A stretch of 64,000 nt of DNA from Planctomycetota bacterium (GTDB lineage: Bacteria > Planctomycetota > Phycisphaerae > Phycisphaerales > UBA5793). The stretch spans positions 74,874-138,873 of the forward strand of contig CAUJHZ010000025.1 in NCBI GenBank assembly GCA_963205185.1. Direction: 5' to 3'. Below the pieces are notes generated by a model, which saw only the letters and a program-made list of their open reading frames with translations, was not told where the DNA came from and did not search any database. The first letter of the stretch is position 1, and every line of letters starts with the position of its first letter. Shown piece after piece: positions 9,023 through 20,495 of this stretch. The position numbers and the translations under genes are program-made.

Positions 9023-11401
9023 CTACTTCCTGGGCGCGCCGGCTTCGATGATCGCCTTGAGTTCATCGGTCAGCGACTTGACCCCATTCTCCTGGCGGAT
9101 GACGATCGCATTGTTCGGATCAACCATGACGACCATGAAGCGACCGGCGGCGAGCGCCTTGCGCAGATCGGGCCGCAGGGCGATGAGATCAAAGTAGCCG
9201 TCCGAACCGAACTCGAGTTCAGTCAGTTTGGTTTCTTCGGTGAGCGCCGAATCGACGTAGTAGCCGGAGACGAAGACGTAGTTGCGGCCGTTGATGCGAC
9301 GAACCGCCATGGCGCGCATGTCGGCTGACTGGAGTTCGAGTGCCGTCGCTTCGCGGGCGCGGGCCTGGCCGGCGGCGAAGTAGAACGCATCCTCGCCGGC
9401 GGCTTCAGCCGGCATCGCTCTGCCGCGGCCGGGGGCGGCGCCGCCTTCGAATGCCTGCCCGCCGCTTTCGAACCCACCGCCTGCCGGGGCGCTCTTCCGC
9501 GCTTCCTCCAGCGCTTCGGATTCGTCGAGCGAGCGCCTCAGGCGATCGGCAGGTATCGCCAGATCGCGTTGGGCGTCGAGGGCAGAGCCCTCGAATCCTC
9601 CGCGTCCCTCGAAGCGGCCGAACCGGCTGACCGCCATCGGCCGATCCTCCAGTTCAGGCGCCACCAGCCAACTCGAGTAGGGCGTCTGCAGACTGTACTT
9701 TGTGGACAGGTCGATGATCTCTCGCACCATCTCGCTCGACTCGCCGTCGAGCCGAATGCGGTCGATCAGGTACGCAATCTTGCGCCCGGCCCAGATGCGC
9801 GGCACATAGGTCGCATCCTCAGTCGGCTCGAACGAGATCTGCGGCCAGGTGTAGACGAGTTCCTTGTCGCCTCGTTTGGCCTTGAGCGTGACCGGGCCCT
9901 TGACGGCCTTCTCGAACTGACCCGCGAGCAGAATCTGCCGTCCGTTGTAGAGATCGCCGATCGTCGGCGGGTACTGCTCCGTAACCACGAGATCGGGGAG
10001 ATCGAGATGCAGATCGGTCAGCACGGGCTCGCTGAACACGGCGAAGAAGTCGCCGAGGCTGTGTTCGAGATTCTCGCCGGGCTGCACATAGGTCGGGATG
10101 CCGCCGTAACCCGTCGCGAGGGCATCAAGCAGTTCGGTGTTCACATCGTGACCGACCCCGAAGGGGAACAGACGGATGTTCTCGCGGAAGTCCTTGGTTT
10201 CGCGCGCGAACATGTCTTCGACAATCTGCCGCGCCTGATCGCCCTTACCATCGGTGATGAAGACGAGCACGAACGGGCGGTCCGTGGACTCGGGATCGCG
10301 CATCTGTAGCGCTGCCTTGAGCGCATCATTGATGTTCGTGCCGCCCGAGGGCTTGAACTTCTCCACACGATGGCGCGCTTCGGCCTTGCTGGCTTTGTCC
10401 ACCGCCTGCAGTTTCGGGAAGATGGTGTCAAAGCCGGTCGAAAAGCGCACGACGGAGAAACGGTCGCCCTCTTCGAGCCGTTCGATGCAGTAGTTGAGAG
10501 CCTGCTTCGCCTGGTCGATCTTGCCGTCGCTGGCCATCGAGCCGGACGTATCGACGACAAAGACGTAGTCCTGGGGCACCTGCACCTGGTCATCCCAGAT
10601 CGGCTTGGGCGCCAGCAGCAGCAGGAAATGCCCCGGCAGCGCCTCGTCTTCCTGGTAGGAGACGACGGACAAGCCGACATCGCGCTGCTGCGCATCATAG
10701 AGCAGCACGAAGTCATCTGCGAGGCTGACCTTGCTGCGCTCGAAGACGGCCCTCGCCTTGTAGTCTCCATCGCGCACGACTTCGACTTCATGCGTGGGCG
10801 ACCACACGCCGCGCAGCGGCGTCTTCGAGGCGATGGACACGTCAAAGCGCACCGTGCCGAATGCAGTGCTGTTCTCGCCGGGTGTGCGCAGCGGGTACTG
10901 GTAGCGCCACATTTCCGAAACACTGTCGGTCACCTGCTGATACGAGAGTTGAATCTCGGTGGTCGAGTTGGGCTCGATGGGAAAAACCCGCGCCCTCATG
11001 AGCCGGCGCCCGATGAATTCGATGAGCCCCGGGTCACGGTTGCCGCGCACGATGCGCTCATAGATCTCGCGCGCCTTATCGGCCGGCAGGACTTCGCCCT
11101 GCACCATCTTGCCGTTGAAGGTCATCTGGAAATCGGTAAGGTCCGCGCCTTCGGGAATCGGGAAAATGTACGTCGCCTCGAGTCGCTGCTCGCTCGTGTT
11201 GTGGAATGTCTGATTGACGGTCGTGAGCGCGACGCGATCGGTGATGGAGATGCGCACGAGGTGATCCTCGATGCGCAGTGGGTTGGTCCGCGCGCCTTCG
11301 ACGACGAGAATGCCCGAGGCCCGGGCGGTGGCGGACTGGTACAGCACAACGAGCAGGCCGGTGAGGGCCAGGGCAATGCAGAGGCGGGCGCGGCGGTTCA
11401 T
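9023..11401 (-). CDS. Secreted VIT + von Willebrand factor type A domain protein
   Basis: The ATG at 11399-11401 has a GGGAGG Shine-Dalgarno upstream, and the signal peptide is MNRRARLCIALALTGLLVV. A VIT-like N-terminus (ITDRVALTTVNQTFHNTSEQRLEATYIFPIPEGA) is followed by the VWA MIDAS motif VFVVDTSGSM. Confidence 0.88.
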   Translation of the reverse strand: MNRRARLCIALALTGLLVVLYQSATARASGILVVEGARTNPLRIEDHLVRISITDRVALTTVNQTFHNTSEQRLEATYIFPIPEGADLTDFQMTFNGKMVQGEVLPADKAREIYERIVRGNRDPGLIEFIGRRLMRARVFPIEPNSTTEIQLSYQQVTDSVSEMWRYQYPLRTPGENSTAFGTVRFDVSIASKTPLRGVWSPTHEVEVVRDGDYKARAVFERSKVSLADDFVLLYDAQQRDVGLSVVSYQEDEALPGHFLLLLAPKPIWDDQVQVPQDYVFVVDTSGSMASDGKIDQAKQALNYCIERLEEGDRFSVVRFSTGFDTIFPKLQAVDKASKAEARHRVEKFKPSGGTNINDALKAALQMRDPESTDRPFVLVFITDGKGDQARQIVEDMFARETKDFRENIRLFPFGVGHDVNTELLDALATGYGGIPTYVQPGENLEHSLGDFFAVFSEPVLTDLHLDLPDLVVTEQYPPTIGDLYNGRQILLAGQFEKAVKGPVTLKAKRGDKELVYTWPQISFEPTEDATYVPRIWAGRKIAYLIDRIRLDGESSEMVREIIDLSTKYSLQTPYSSWLVAPELEDRPMAVSRFGRFEGRGGFEGSALDAQRDLAIPADRLRRSLDESEALEEARKSAPAGGGFESGGQAFEGGAAPGRGRAMPAEAAGEDAFYFAAGQARAREATALELQSADMRAMAVRRINGRNYVFVSGYYVDSALTEETKLTELEFGSDGYFDLIALRPDLRKALAAGRFMVVMVDPNNAIVIRQENGVKSLTDELKAIIEAGAPRK

Positions 11402-11565
11402 GACAACCTCCCTGAGGTCGATGGTGGCGGGTCTACAAAAGTTTTGACGCACGAGCGGGCCGCGTGTTAGCCCAATTTGCCGCCCAGGGCCGCAAATGGT
11501 GATTTCGGGGCCCGCCGGCTATGATGTGGGCGAGTTTCGGGGCAATGACCCGGGACTCAAAAATC

Positions 11566-11638
11566 GGGGCCGTAGCTCAATTGGGAGAGCACTGCCTTTG
11601 CAAGGCAGGGGTTAGGGGTTCGAGCCCCCTCGGCTCCA
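11566..11638 (+). tRNA. tRNA-Ala (anticodon UGC)
   Basis: 73-nt cloverleaf folded by hand: acceptor GGGGCCG/CGGCTCC with the G3:U70 Ala identity pair, anticodon loop CTTTGCAAG, T-loop GGTTCGAGCC, discriminator A. No CCA is encoded. Confidence 0.95.
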
Positions 11639-11684
11639 CTTGGTTACCTCGCTCGCTCCGGCGAGAATGGGTTCCCTTACAGCC

Positions 11685-13064
11685 TCAATCCAGTCTGTAC
11701 TCCCAGCCCTTGCGGTACGGCTTGCTGATGAAGGCGTTGGCGGCGTCGTTGTTGGTGAACTTCATCGACTCGGGGTTGTATTCGAGCCGGCCGCCGACAC
11801 GCTGCGCGACGCAGCCGAGCAGGATCAGTTCGCTGAACGGGCCGGCGTAGGCGAAGTTGCTCTTGGGGAAGTCATACGGCTTCTCTTCGATGCACGCGAG
11901 GTACCACTCCTTGTGATGGCCCTCGGCGGATCGCTCGATCTGCTGCTTTGGCGTGCCGTACTCGGCGTGGCGCTCGGCGGGCAGGAGCATGGGCGCGTTG
12001 CGCGGGTCGTTCAGCGCGACCATCTTACCTTTGGTGCCGAAGTAAAGCGCGCCTTCCTTCGTCCATTCGTGCTCCGGCGCAAGCTCTTCCGGGCGCTCGG
12101 GCCGGTTGCCGCCATCGTACCAGAAGAGTTTGAATCCGGGCCGATCACCTTTGGCCGGGAAGTCGAATCGGACGATGCTGGCCTTGCCGTACATCTCGGC
12201 GTCGCCGAAGGGTTCGCCGCCGACGAGTTCGATGGCCGTCGGGTAGCCGGGATTCATGGCCCAGTAGACGGGATCGACTTCGTGGCACGCCATGTCGCCC
12301 AGCGCGCCGCAGCCGAAGTCCCACCAGCCGCGCCAGTTGAACGGGTGATACAGGCCTCCCCAGCCGTCGGCGGGGTTGTGGCGATAGGGCCGCTCGGGCG
12401 CGGGTCCGATCCACGAATCCCAATCCATCGTGGCGGGAATCTCCTCGGCGCCATCGGGGCGCTGCATGCCCTGCCTCCACCACGGGCGATCGGTCCACAC
12501 GTGCGCTTCCTGCAGATCGCCGATGGCGCCGCCGCGCAGGTAGTCGATGGTCACGCGGAGCGAATCGCTGGCATGACCCTGATTCCCCATTTGTGTGGCG
12601 AGTTTGTACTTCTTCTGCGCGAGCGTGAGTTGCCTCGCTTCCCACGGCGTGTGAGTGAGAGGCTTTTGGGTGTAGACGTGCTTGCCCAAGCTCATGGCGA
12701 TCATCGTCGCGGGGAAGTGATGATGATCCGGCGTACCGACCATCACGGCGTCGATGTCCTTGTGGTGCTTGTCGAACATCTTGCGATAGTCGGTGAATGC
12801 CGCGGCGCTGGACCAGCGCTCGGCGGCAGCGCCCCAGCGGGTCTGATCCACGTCGGTGTAGCAGGGACAGCCGGCGCCGAGGTCGGCCAGCGGCGGAATG
12901 TGCTGGTTGCTCGCGATCCCGCCGACGCCGATGAAGGCGACGTTGAGGCGAGCGTTGGAGCCGAACACGCGGCCGTAGGACGAAGCGGTCATCGCCCAGG
13001 CGGTCGCGGCGGCGGAGGTCTGCAGGAACTGACGGCGCGAGATGGAGCGTGGGGTGTGGTTCAT
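11685..13064 (-). CDS. Gfo/Idh/MocA-family oxidoreductase with twin-arginine signal
   Basis: Tat-like signal SRRQFLQTSAAATAWA, then the Rossmann motif NVAFIGVGGIASNQH. The 543-aa antisense ORF was rejected. Confidence 0.88.
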   Translation of the reverse strand: MNHTPRSISRRQFLQTSAAATAWAMTASSYGRVFGSNARLNVAFIGVGGIASNQHIPPLADLGAGCPCYTDVDQTRWGAAAERWSSAAAFTDYRKMFDKHHKDIDAVMVGTPDHHHFPATMIAMSLGKHVYTQKPLTHTPWEARQLTLAQKKYKLATQMGNQGHASDSLRVTIDYLRGGAIGDLQEAHVWTDRPWWRQGMQRPDGAEEIPATMDWDSWIGPAPERPYRHNPADGWGGLYHPFNWRGWWDFGCGALGDMACHEVDPVYWAMNPGYPTAIELVGGEPFGDAEMYGKASIVRFDFPAKGDRPGFKLFWYDGGNRPERPEELAPEHEWTKEGALYFGTKGKMVALNDPRNAPMLLPAERHAEYGTPKQQIERSAEGHHKEWYLACIEEKPYDFPKSNFAYAGPFSELILLGCVAQRVGGRLEYNPESMKFTNNDAANAFISKPYRKGWEYRLD

Positions 13065-13165
13065 AGTGCCATCACTATACCAGACCCCGCGCAGCGGAGA
13101 TCAGGAATCTCACCGTGTTTCGCAGCCTGTCAGGGTGGATCTTGCGCGGCCGGGCAGCGCGACGT

Positions 13166-14467
13166 TCAGCCAGGCGGAGCGGCGGGACTGGCCGCCGGTG
13201 CGACCCAGCGGCGCAGCAGCCGGGCGATGGTCAGTCCCTGGACGATAATCGAGAACACCACGACGACATAGGTCATGACCAGAATGACGTCTGAGACGCC
13301 GGGCTCGGCGTGCTCGCCGAGTTCTTGACGAAGCGAGAGCGCCAGGGCGACGGAGATGCCGCCGCGCAGCCCGCCCCAGGTCATGAGTTTCACGGCATGT
13401 GGCACGCGCTTGCTCTTGAGCGGCAGGATCGCAAACGGCAGGCCGACGGAAACGAACCTCGCGAGCAGCACAACGGGAACGGCGAGCAGGCCCGCCTCGA
13501 CGTAGCGTGTCTCGATAGCCAGCAGGAGCACCTCGAGGCCGATGAGTACAAAGAGAACCGCATTGAGGACTTCGTCGATAAGTTCCCAGAAGGTGTCGAG
13601 GTGGTGGCGCGTGGTTTCGGACATCGCGAACGCGCGGCCGTGGTTGCCGATGAGCAGTCCCGCGACGACCATGGCAATGGGACCGGAGATGTGCACAGCG
13701 TCGGCGAGTGCGTAGCCGCCGGTAACGAGCGCGAGCGAGATGAGCACCTCGACCTGGTAGTTGTCGATGTCCTTGAGCATGCGGTAAGCGAGCAAACCCA
13801 CGCCGAGGCCGAACACGGCTCCGCCGAGCGCTTCCTTGACGAACAGCATGGCAATGGTCGAGGCGCTGGTGGCATCTTCCCCGTGGCCGGCGCCAGAGAA
13901 GCCGAGCAGCGCGAGAAATACGACCACACCCACTCCGTCATTGAAGAGCGACTCGCCGGCGATCTGCGTCTTGAGATCTTCCGGCGCATGCAGGCTCTTG
14001 AGAATCGCGAGCACGGCGATCGGATCCGTTGGTGAGATGAGCGCGCCAAAGAGCAGGCAGTGGATGAACTCGAGCGGCAGGCCAAGCAGCCGGGCGATGA
14101 GCCACGCGGCGCCACCGACGATGGCCGTGGACAGCACCACGCCGAAGGTGGCGAGGACGGCAATCACCGTTGTGTGCCGGCGCAGGTTGCTGAGATCGAT
14201 GTGCAGCGCGCCGGCGAAGAGAAGATATCCGAGCATGCCGTGCAGCAGCGTGTTGTCGAATTCGATCGACTGCATAATGCGGTCGGCCGTTTCGTGCACT
14301 GACGGAAAGACGTGTCCCGCGCCGATCAGCCCGACCGAGAGAAGCATCGCGAGGATCATCAGGCCGATGGTGGTCGGCAGCCGCAGAAATCGGTGGTTGA
14401 CGTAACCGAAGACCGCGGCGAGGGTGATGAGGATCGCGGTGATCTCAAAGGTGCTGAGGTGGTCCAT
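13166..14467 (-). CDS. Cation:proton antiporter (CPA1 / NhaP-type Na+/H+ exchanger)
   Basis: Start at ATG 14465-14467 ([35 protein letters not shown]). The protein is polytopic and carries [14 protein letters not shown] and [11 protein letters not shown], which are typical of CPA1. Confidence 0.88.
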   Translation of the reverse strand: MDHLSTFEITAILITLAAVFGYVNHRFLRLPTTIGLMILAMLLSVGLIGAGHVFPSVHETADRIMQSIEFDNTLLHGMLGYLLFAGALHIDLSNLRRHTTVIAVLATFGVVLSTAIVGGAAWLIARLLGLPLEFIHCLLFGALISPTDPIAVLAILKSLHAPEDLKTQIAGESLFNDGVGVVVFLALLGFSGAGHGEDATSASTIAMLFVKEALGGAVFGLGVGLLAYRMLKDIDNYQVEVLISLALVTGGYALADAVHISGPIAMVVAGLLIGNHGRAFAMSETTRHHLDTFWELIDEVLNAVLFVLIGLEVLLLAIETRYVEAGLLAVPVVLLARFVSVGLPFAILPLKSKRVPHAVKLMTWGGLRGGISVALALSLRQELGEHAEPGVSDVILVMTYVVVVFSIIVQGLTIARLLRRWVAPAASPAAPPG

Positions 14468-14565
14468 GCGGCGGAGTGTATGCGGCGCGGCTCGGCGCGG
14501 GAGAGCGACCCGATCACCAGAAACGACGCCAAGCCCGTGACTCGGCTTGAGGGCGCAGCCCGTCG

Positions 14566-15903
14566 TCAATCGGTAGCGCGGCTGAGGATCATCACCCCGG
14601 CCGCGGTCCCCGCGGCCCCGACGGCGATGAGGATCGCACACGGCAGAAGCATTTCAGCCAGTGAGAAGCCCCGCCAGATCGCGCCTTCGAGAGCCAGCAC
14701 ACCCCAGCTCATCGGGCTGAACTGGCTGAGCGTCTTCATGAACGCCGGCATGAACGCGAGCGGAATCATCCCCCCGCCGAACATCGCCATGAGCACGTTC
14801 GCCCCCCATGCCGCGCCCGAGACGGCTTCTTCGCTGCGGCCGATGACGCTCATGAGCATCATGATGCCGACGACGCAGAACGCCAGGCTGGCGATGGCCA
14901 GGCCGAGAAACGCCGGATTGTCGGGCCGCATGCCAAGCGCGTATCCCAGCGCGACCATCACGGCATTGACGAGGATGACCGCGATGAAGCAGGCCAGACC
15001 CTTACCGGCGATGATCTGGGCCCGCGTGATCGGCGCCACGCGCAGGCGGTAGAAAGTCCCCTGCGAGCGCTCGCGCACCATCGTGACGGCAAACGTCGCA
15101 GCGCAGCCGAGCACCCCCCAGAGAATGGCGGACGGGAAACTCACATCCCACGGACTGCCAATGCGCGAGGTGAGATCATTCGGCTCATTGGGCGCTGTGA
15201 CATCGACGGTCTGGACGTTGGCCAGTTGCATCGATGGTCGGCCGCCACTCTCGCCGGCTTCATCCAGATCGGCATTGAGTTCATCGAGCGAGCCCATGAA
15301 GGTATCGAGCGTGCCCATGAAACCGCCGAGAATCGCCTTGGTCGCCGGGTTGACGTCATCACTCTCGAGGATCTCCCGGCGCGATTGCTCGATCATGGGG
15401 CGCATGGACGCAGGGTCGGCAAAGCGGTCGGCAATCAACCCGCCCATCGCCTGCATGATGATGCCTTCGAGCATGCCTGACTCTGCCGCACGCGAAGGAT
15501 CGACGCCCAGTTCGATGGCGGGCCCTTCCATCCACATGATGCCGGCCGTCTCGCCAAAGCCCGCGGGCAGACCGATGAACGCGAGCAGCCTTCCCTTGCG
15601 AATGTCGTTGATCGCCTGCTCGCGCTGGGCCTCGACGGAGGCCGCGGCGTCGGCGGGTGGGCGCAAGGTGACGCTGCCCGAGTCTCGAAGCGCGTCGATG
15701 AAGCGCTGCGACATCTCGCTCTGATCGGCATCGATGACCGCGATCTCGAGTTGGACGTTCTCGCTTCCGCCGGAGAACGAGGCGTTGATGAATCCGAACA
15801 GCACGCCCATGAGCACGGGAAAGCCGAAGATGAAAAACAGGCCGACCTTGTCGTGTCGGACGACTTTGAGATCTTTCAAAGCCATGAGCCAGATCGTGCG
15901 CAT
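14566..15903 (-). CDS. ABC-2 type transporter permease
   Basis: 445 aa: an N-terminal TM helix, a large extracytoplasmic loop, then about five C-terminal TM helices. Its ATG shares 1 nt with the stop of the upstream ATPase gene (TGATG). Confidence 0.8.
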   Translation of the reverse strand: MRTIWLMALKDLKVVRHDKVGLFFIFGFPVLMGVLFGFINASFSGGSENVQLEIAVIDADQSEMSQRFIDALRDSGSVTLRPPADAAASVEAQREQAINDIRKGRLLAFIGLPAGFGETAGIMWMEGPAIELGVDPSRAAESGMLEGIIMQAMGGLIADRFADPASMRPMIEQSRREILESDDVNPATKAILGGFMGTLDTFMGSLDELNADLDEAGESGGRPSMQLANVQTVDVTAPNEPNDLTSRIGSPWDVSFPSAILWGVLGCAATFAVTMVRERSQGTFYRLRVAPITRAQIIAGKGLACFIAVILVNAVMVALGYALGMRPDNPAFLGLAIASLAFCVVGIMMLMSVIGRSEEAVSGAAWGANVLMAMFGGGMIPLAFMPAFMKTLSQFSPMSWGVLALEGAIWRGFSLAEMLLPCAILIAVGAAGTAAGVMILSRATD

Positions 15904-16835
15904 CAGTCCCGCAGGCTCCTTCCCGTGAGCGAGAGAAACACGGATTCAAGATCCGGCCGCGCGACGTGGAGTGTGGCGAACGCGACGCCGCCGGTCGCGA
16001 GCCGGCTGACGTCTTCGAGCGGCTGACGCGATTCGAAGCGCAGATGCAATCCATCGAGCGACGCAGGAAGGAGGGACACATCGGCCGGCGCCCGGACGAG
16101 ATCAGCTGTGACGACCGCGGCGCCGCCGTGCTCTCCGAGGAGCCCGTCGAGGGTGTCCAGCGCGAGCAATCTGCCGTGATCCATGATGGCGATGCGGTCG
16201 CACAGGCGCTGGGCTTCTTCCATGTAATGCGTGGTGTAGATGATGGTGCGGCCGTCCGCCTTGAGTTGCTCGATGCACTCGAAGATGTGGTTGCGCGACT
16301 GCGGATCGACGCCGACGGTGGGCTCGTCGAAGAGGATGATCTCCGGTCCGTGCACGAGGGCGCAGGCCATGTTGAGGCGGCGCTTCATGCCGCCCGAAAA
16401 GGTGCGCACGAGATCGCGGCGGCGGTCTTCGAGTTGAGCAAAGCGAAGCGCCCAGTCCACGCGGCTGGCCAGTTCATCGCCCGCCAGCCCGTAGAGCGAG
16501 CCGAAGAACCGCAGATTGCGCTCGGCTGACAGCACCTCGTAGAGCGCCAGCGACTGGGGCGCAATGCCGATGAGCCGCCGGACCGCGGCGCCGTCGCGGA
16601 TGTCGCGGCCTCCAATCAGCACTCTGCCGCTGTCGCCTAGCGAGGCGCCGACGATGATGCTGATGGCGGTGGACTTGCCGGCGCCGTTGGGTCCCAGCAG
16701 GCCGAAGGTCTCGCCGGTGTGGACTTCAAAAGAGATCGCATCGACGGCCTTGAGCGAACCGAATGATTTGCTCAGGCCTTCGACGACGATCATGGATGGC
16801 GCCGATTGGACTCGCTCTGACATGGCGGCACTCAT
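15903..16835 (-). CDS. ABC transporter ATP-binding protein (ABC-2 / DrrA-like)
   Basis: Walker [10 protein letters not shown], signature FSGGMKRRL, Walker [13 protein letters not shown]. Its start overlaps the asparaginase stop (ATGA). Confidence 0.9.
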   Translation of the reverse strand: MSAAMSERVQSAPSMIVVEGLSKSFGSLKAVDAISFEVHTGETFGLLGPNGAGKSTAISIIVGASLGDSGRVLIGGRDIRDGAAVRRLIGIAPQSLALYEVLSAERNLRFFGSLYGLAGDELASRVDWALRFAQLEDRRRDLVRTFSGGMKRRLNMACALVHGPEIILFDEPTVGVDPQSRNHIFECIEQLKADGRTIIYTTHYMEEAQRLCDRIAIMDHGRLLALDTLDGLLGEHGGAAVVTADLVRAPADVSLLPASLDGLHLRFESRQPLEDVSRLATGGVAFATLHVARPDLESVFLSLTGRSLRD

Positions 16836-17902
16836 TCAAACAGCGCCGGGCTGGCCATGCGGCGAGCGTCGGTCCCGTCGTGGATGGTGAACGAGCCGCC
16901 CTTGAGCATCGAGGCGCTGCCCCACAGCCCGTCCTTGCGCAGCGCGTACATTGTCACGTTGAAGTTCGGCCGGCCCGAAGCCGCGAGCAGCGAGCGGCGC
17001 TTCGTATGGTCAGCGATCCACTTGAGCGTCTTGAGGCAGGCCTGCTCGGGTTCGAGGCCGGCGGCCATGTGCTGCACCGTCTGGAACGCCCCGCAGGACT
17101 GGATGACCGCCTCGCCGCGGCCTGTGGCGCCCGCCGCCCCCACTTCATTGTCCACGAACATGCCGGCGCCGACGATGGGTGAATCGCCCACGCGCCCGGG
17201 GATCTTGTAACTCAGGCCGCTGGTGGTCGTGCAGGCTGAGACGTCGCCGGCGGCGTTGAGCGCGGCGCAGTGTATGGTGCCGTAGTGCCACGGGATACCG
17301 AGTTGCTCGGCACGCTCGGCGCGGGCATCGCGATCAACGTGCTGCTCATCATTGAGCCAGTCATCATCGGCATTGAGATTCTCTTTCCACCTGAGCCACG
17401 CCTCGCGGGCCTTCTCGGTGAGGAGATTCTCTTCCTTGAAGCCGTGCGCCTTGGCGAACTTCAGCGCGCCTGCGCCCACGAGCAGGACGTGATCGGTGCG
17501 GCGAAGGACCTTGAGCGCCACCTGCGCCGGATTGCGGATGTTCTCGAGCGCGGCGACAGCGCCAGCCTTGTGCGACGGGCCGTGCATGACGGATGAGTCG
17601 AGTTGAACCACGCCGTCTTCGTTGGGAAGGCCGCCGTAGCCGACGCTCATGTCATCTGGATCGTCTTCGACAATCGCCACGCCGGCGACGACGGCATCGA
17701 CGGGATCGGCGCCGGCCTTGATTTCCTCCATGGCCTTGATCACGGCGCGCAGGCCGTTGCCACTGCTGATGACAACCGGCCCGCCGCGCCCGCGCCTGAC
17801 GCCTGCGGTCGTTGAAGCGCCCGCAGCCGTAAGGGGAAGGACGAGCGGCGCCGCGGCTGCGGCGCCGGCTGCAAGAAACGCGCGTCGATTGAGATCGTTC
17901 AT
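16832..17902 (-). CDS. N4-(beta-N-acetylglucosaminyl)-L-asparaginase / isoaspartyl peptidase (Ntn-hydrolase, asparaginase 2 family), Tat-exported
   Basis: Tat-like NRRAFLAAGAAAAAP, SVGYGGLPNEDG, autoprocessing site HYGTIHCAAL (Thr nucleophile), and GAAGATGRGE. Confidence 0.85.
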   Translation of the reverse strand: MNDLNRRAFLAAGAAAAAPLVLPLTAAGASTTAGVRRGRGGPVVISSGNGLRAVIKAMEEIKAGADPVDAVVAGVAIVEDDPDDMSVGYGGLPNEDGVVQLDSSVMHGPSHKAGAVAALENIRNPAQVALKVLRRTDHVLLVGAGALKFAKAHGFKEENLLTEKAREAWLRWKENLNADDDWLNDEQHVDRDARAERAEQLGIPWHYGTIHCAALNAAGDVSACTTTSGLSYKIPGRVGDSPIVGAGMFVDNEVGAAGATGRGEAVIQSCGAFQTVQHMAAGLEPEQACLKTLKWIADHTKRRSLLAASGRPNFNVTMYALRKDGLWGSASMLKGGSFTIHDGTDARRMASPALFE

Positions 17903-18019
17903 GACCGTCAGCGTAGCCGATCGGGGTGGTTTTCGCCATGTCCGCGTGTGGCGCGTTCAGGACACGCTGGGGCCGCAGTATAATCGCTCAGCACCGCAGC
18001 CAGGCCCCGGAGAATCGTG

Positions 18020-19474
18020 ATGCTCTTTCGACAGATCTACGACGATCGGCTCGCGCAGGCGGCGTATCTCATCGGCTGCCAGCGCACCGGCGAAGCGATC
18101 ATCATCGACCCCGAACGCGACGTCGATCGATACATCAACGAGGCCAGGAGGCATGGACTGCGGCTGATCGCCAGCGCCGAGACGCACATCCACGCCGACT
18201 TCCTGGCCGGCAGCCGGCAACTCGCGGAGATGACCGAGGTCACGCTCTACGTCTCCGATTGCGGCGATGCGGACTGGAAGTACGGTTGGCTCGAGTCGCG
18301 CCTCAACGGCGGCAAGTACGACGCGGTGCGCCTCAGGCACGGCGACACCTTCCGCATCGGCGGCATCGAGTTTCGCGTGTTGCATACCCCCGGCCACACG
18401 CCCGAACACATCTCGTTTCTCGTCACGGATCGAGGCGGCGGCGCGGGCGAGCCGATGGGCCTGCTTTCGGGCGACTTCGTATTCGTCGGCGACACGGGGC
18501 GGCCCGACCTGCTCGAGAGCGCGGTGAGAGTGATCGGCGCTCAGGAGGCGTCGGCGAAGCAATTGCTCATCTCCGCCAGACAGTTCACGACGCTGCCAGA
18601 GTACCTGCAGGTGTGGCCGGCGCACGGCGCGGGCAGCGCGTGCGGCAAGGCGCTGGGCGCCGTGCCGCAGACCACGGTGGGTTATGAGAAGCGGTTCAAT
18701 CCAGCCATTCGACTGGCCGGCGACGATGCGGCGTTTCTGGACTACGTGCTCAGCGGCCAGCCCGAGCCGCCCATGTACTTTGCGAGGATGAAGACGCTCA
18801 ATCGAGATGGCGCGCCCGTGCTGGCGGCCCTGCCGCGCCCGCAGGTGCTCACGCCGCGCGACATTCAGGACTGGTTGACGGATGCGGTCGTGCTCGACAC
18901 GAGGCCGTGGCGGGCTTTTCGCCAGGCGCATCTCCCCGGTGCACTGTTCACGCCGTTTGACTCATCTTTTCCCACGATCCCCGGCTGCTACGTGGAGCCG
19001 GGGCAGCGCATCGTCCTGCTCATCGACGAAAGGCATCTCGACGAGGCGGTGCGGCTGCTCGTGCGCATCGGCATCGATGACGTCGTCGGCTTCATCTCAA
19101 CGGAAGTGTTCGAAGAGTACCACCGCACCGCAGGCCAGGTCGAGTCGATCGACGAGGTCGAAGTCGCAGACGTGGCGGCGAAGGTGAACGCGGGCCACAC
19201 GCCGGTGCTCGACGTGCGGCGGCTGGTCGAGCACGATGAAGGGCACATTGCCGGCAGCCAGAACATCGCGCACACCCGGCTCATGGCGCGGCTGGCTGAA
19301 CTCACTCGCGGCGCGGAACTGCTTGTGCACTGCCGCAGCGGCGTGCGGTCGTCATATGCGTGCGCCTATCTCAAGCGGCAGGGGTTCAAGCCCACGAATC
19401 TCGCGGGCGGATTCCTCGCATGGGATCAGGCGGGGCAACCGGTCGAGAGGACCAGCGCCGGCGCGGCGGTGTAA
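18020..19474 (+). CDS. MBL-fold hydrolase fused to rhodanese domains (persulfide dioxygenase / sulfurtransferase type)
   Basis: Metallo-beta-lactamase motifs ETHIHADFLAG and HTPGHTPEH. The C-terminal rhodanese carries the active-site loop HCRSGVRSS. Confidence 0.88.
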   Translation: MLFRQIYDDRLAQAAYLIGCQRTGEAIIIDPERDVDRYINEARRHGLRLIASAETHIHADFLAGSRQLAEMTEVTLYVSDCGDADWKYGWLESRLNGGKYDAVRLRHGDTFRIGGIEFRVLHTPGHTPEHISFLVTDRGGGAGEPMGLLSGDFVFVGDTGRPDLLESAVRVIGAQEASAKQLLISARQFTTLPEYLQVWPAHGAGSACGKALGAVPQTTVGYEKRFNPAIRLAGDDAAFLDYVLSGQPEPPMYFARMKTLNRDGAPVLAALPRPQVLTPRDIQDWLTDAVVLDTRPWRAFRQAHLPGALFTPFDSSFPTIPGCYVEPGQRIVLLIDERHLDEAVRLLVRIGIDDVVGFISTEVFEEYHRTAGQVESIDEVEVADVAAKVNAGHTPVLDVRRLVEHDEGHIAGSQNIAHTRLMARLAELTRGAELLVHCRSGVRSSYACAYLKRQGFKPTNLAGGFLAWDQAGQPVERTSAGAAV

Positions 19475-19490
19475 GACAGCCGTGCGGATG

Positions 19491-20495
19491 TTATCCGAGG
19501 GACTTGGCAGGCGCTGCGGGCTCGGCGACGTCTTCATTCGCCACCCAGCACGCGACGCGATGGCCGGGCTCGCGCTCGACAATCGGCGGCATCTCGGCGC
19601 GGCAGCGGTCGATCACATCCGGGCAGCGGCCGATGAACGGGCAGCCGGCCGGCATGTGGAACGGGCTTGGCACATCGCCCTGCAGAATCGTCAACGGGCG
19701 GCGCTGATCCGGATCGTCGATCGGATTGGCGCCGAGCAGCGCTTTGCTATACGGATGCCGGACCTGCTCGTCGAGTTCGAGGCACGGCAGCGTTTCGACA
19801 GCGTGGCCAAGATACATCACCATCACGCGATCGCAGAAGTGCTGGATCACCTTGAGATCGTGCGAGATGAACACCAGCGTGAGACCGAACTCATCCTTGA
19901 GATCCATGAGCAGGTTGAGCACCTGGGCCTGGATGGAGACGTCGAGGGCCGAGACGGGCTCATCCGCGACGATGAACTCGGGCTTGGTGGCAAGCGCGCG
20001 GGCGATGCCGATGCGCTGGCGCTGGCCGCCGGAAAACTCGTGCGGGAACTTATCGGCAGCGTCAGCCCGCAGACCCACGCGGCGGATAAGTTCGGTGATG
20101 TAATCGTCCATCTCGTTTCGCGCGACAATGCGATGGAACGCGATTGCCTCCTTGAGCAGGCTGCGCACGGTCAGGCGTGGGTTGAGCGACGAATATGGAT
20201 CCTGGAAGATGATCTGCATCGTGCGGCGCAGCGGCATCATCTGGCTGTGCGAGAGTGCGGTGATGTCCTGCCCCTCGTACGTGATTGTCCCGGACGTCGG
20301 CTCGATGAGGCGAATGAGCATCTTGCCCAGCGTGGACTTTCCGCAGCCGGACTCGCCGACGATGCCAAGCGTCTCGCCTTTGCGCACGTCAAACGACACG
20401 TCATTGACGGCGTGAACGTGGCCGACGACACGGTTGAGCACGCCGCCGCGCACCGGAAAGTGCTTGACGAGATGGCGGACTTCAAGCAGGGACAT
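19491..20495 (-). CDS. Peptide/nickel ABC transporter ATP-binding protein (OppF/DppF-like)
   Basis: Walker [10 protein letters not shown], signature FSGGQRQRI, Walker [13 protein letters not shown], and a C-terminal Cys-containing oligopeptide-type tail. It overlaps the upstream ATPase gene by 14 nt. Confidence 0.9.
   Translation of the reverse strand: MSLLEVRHLVKHFPVRGGVLNRVVGHVHAVNDVSFDVRKGETLGIVGESGCGKSTLGKMLIRLIEPTSGTITYEGQDITALSHSQMMPLRRTMQIIFQDPYSSLNPRLTVRSLLKEAIAFHRIVARNEMDDYITELIRRVGLRADAADKFPHEFSGGQRQRIGIARALATKPEFIVADEPVSALDVSIQAQVLNLLMDLKDEFGLTLVFISHDLKVIQHFCDRVMVMYLGHAVETLPCLELDEQVRHPYSKALLGANPIDDPDQRRPLTILQGDVPSPFHMPAGCPFIGRCPDVIDRCRAEMPPIVEREPGHRVACWVANEDVAEPAAPAKSLG

Noticed and set aside
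11640-13271. 543-aa plus-strand ORF
   Set aside because: It is antisense to the Gfo/Idh/MocA oxidoreductase, which has a Tat signal and a Rossmann motif. Its composition is the Gly/Arg/Ala/Val-rich type typical of high-GC shadow frames.
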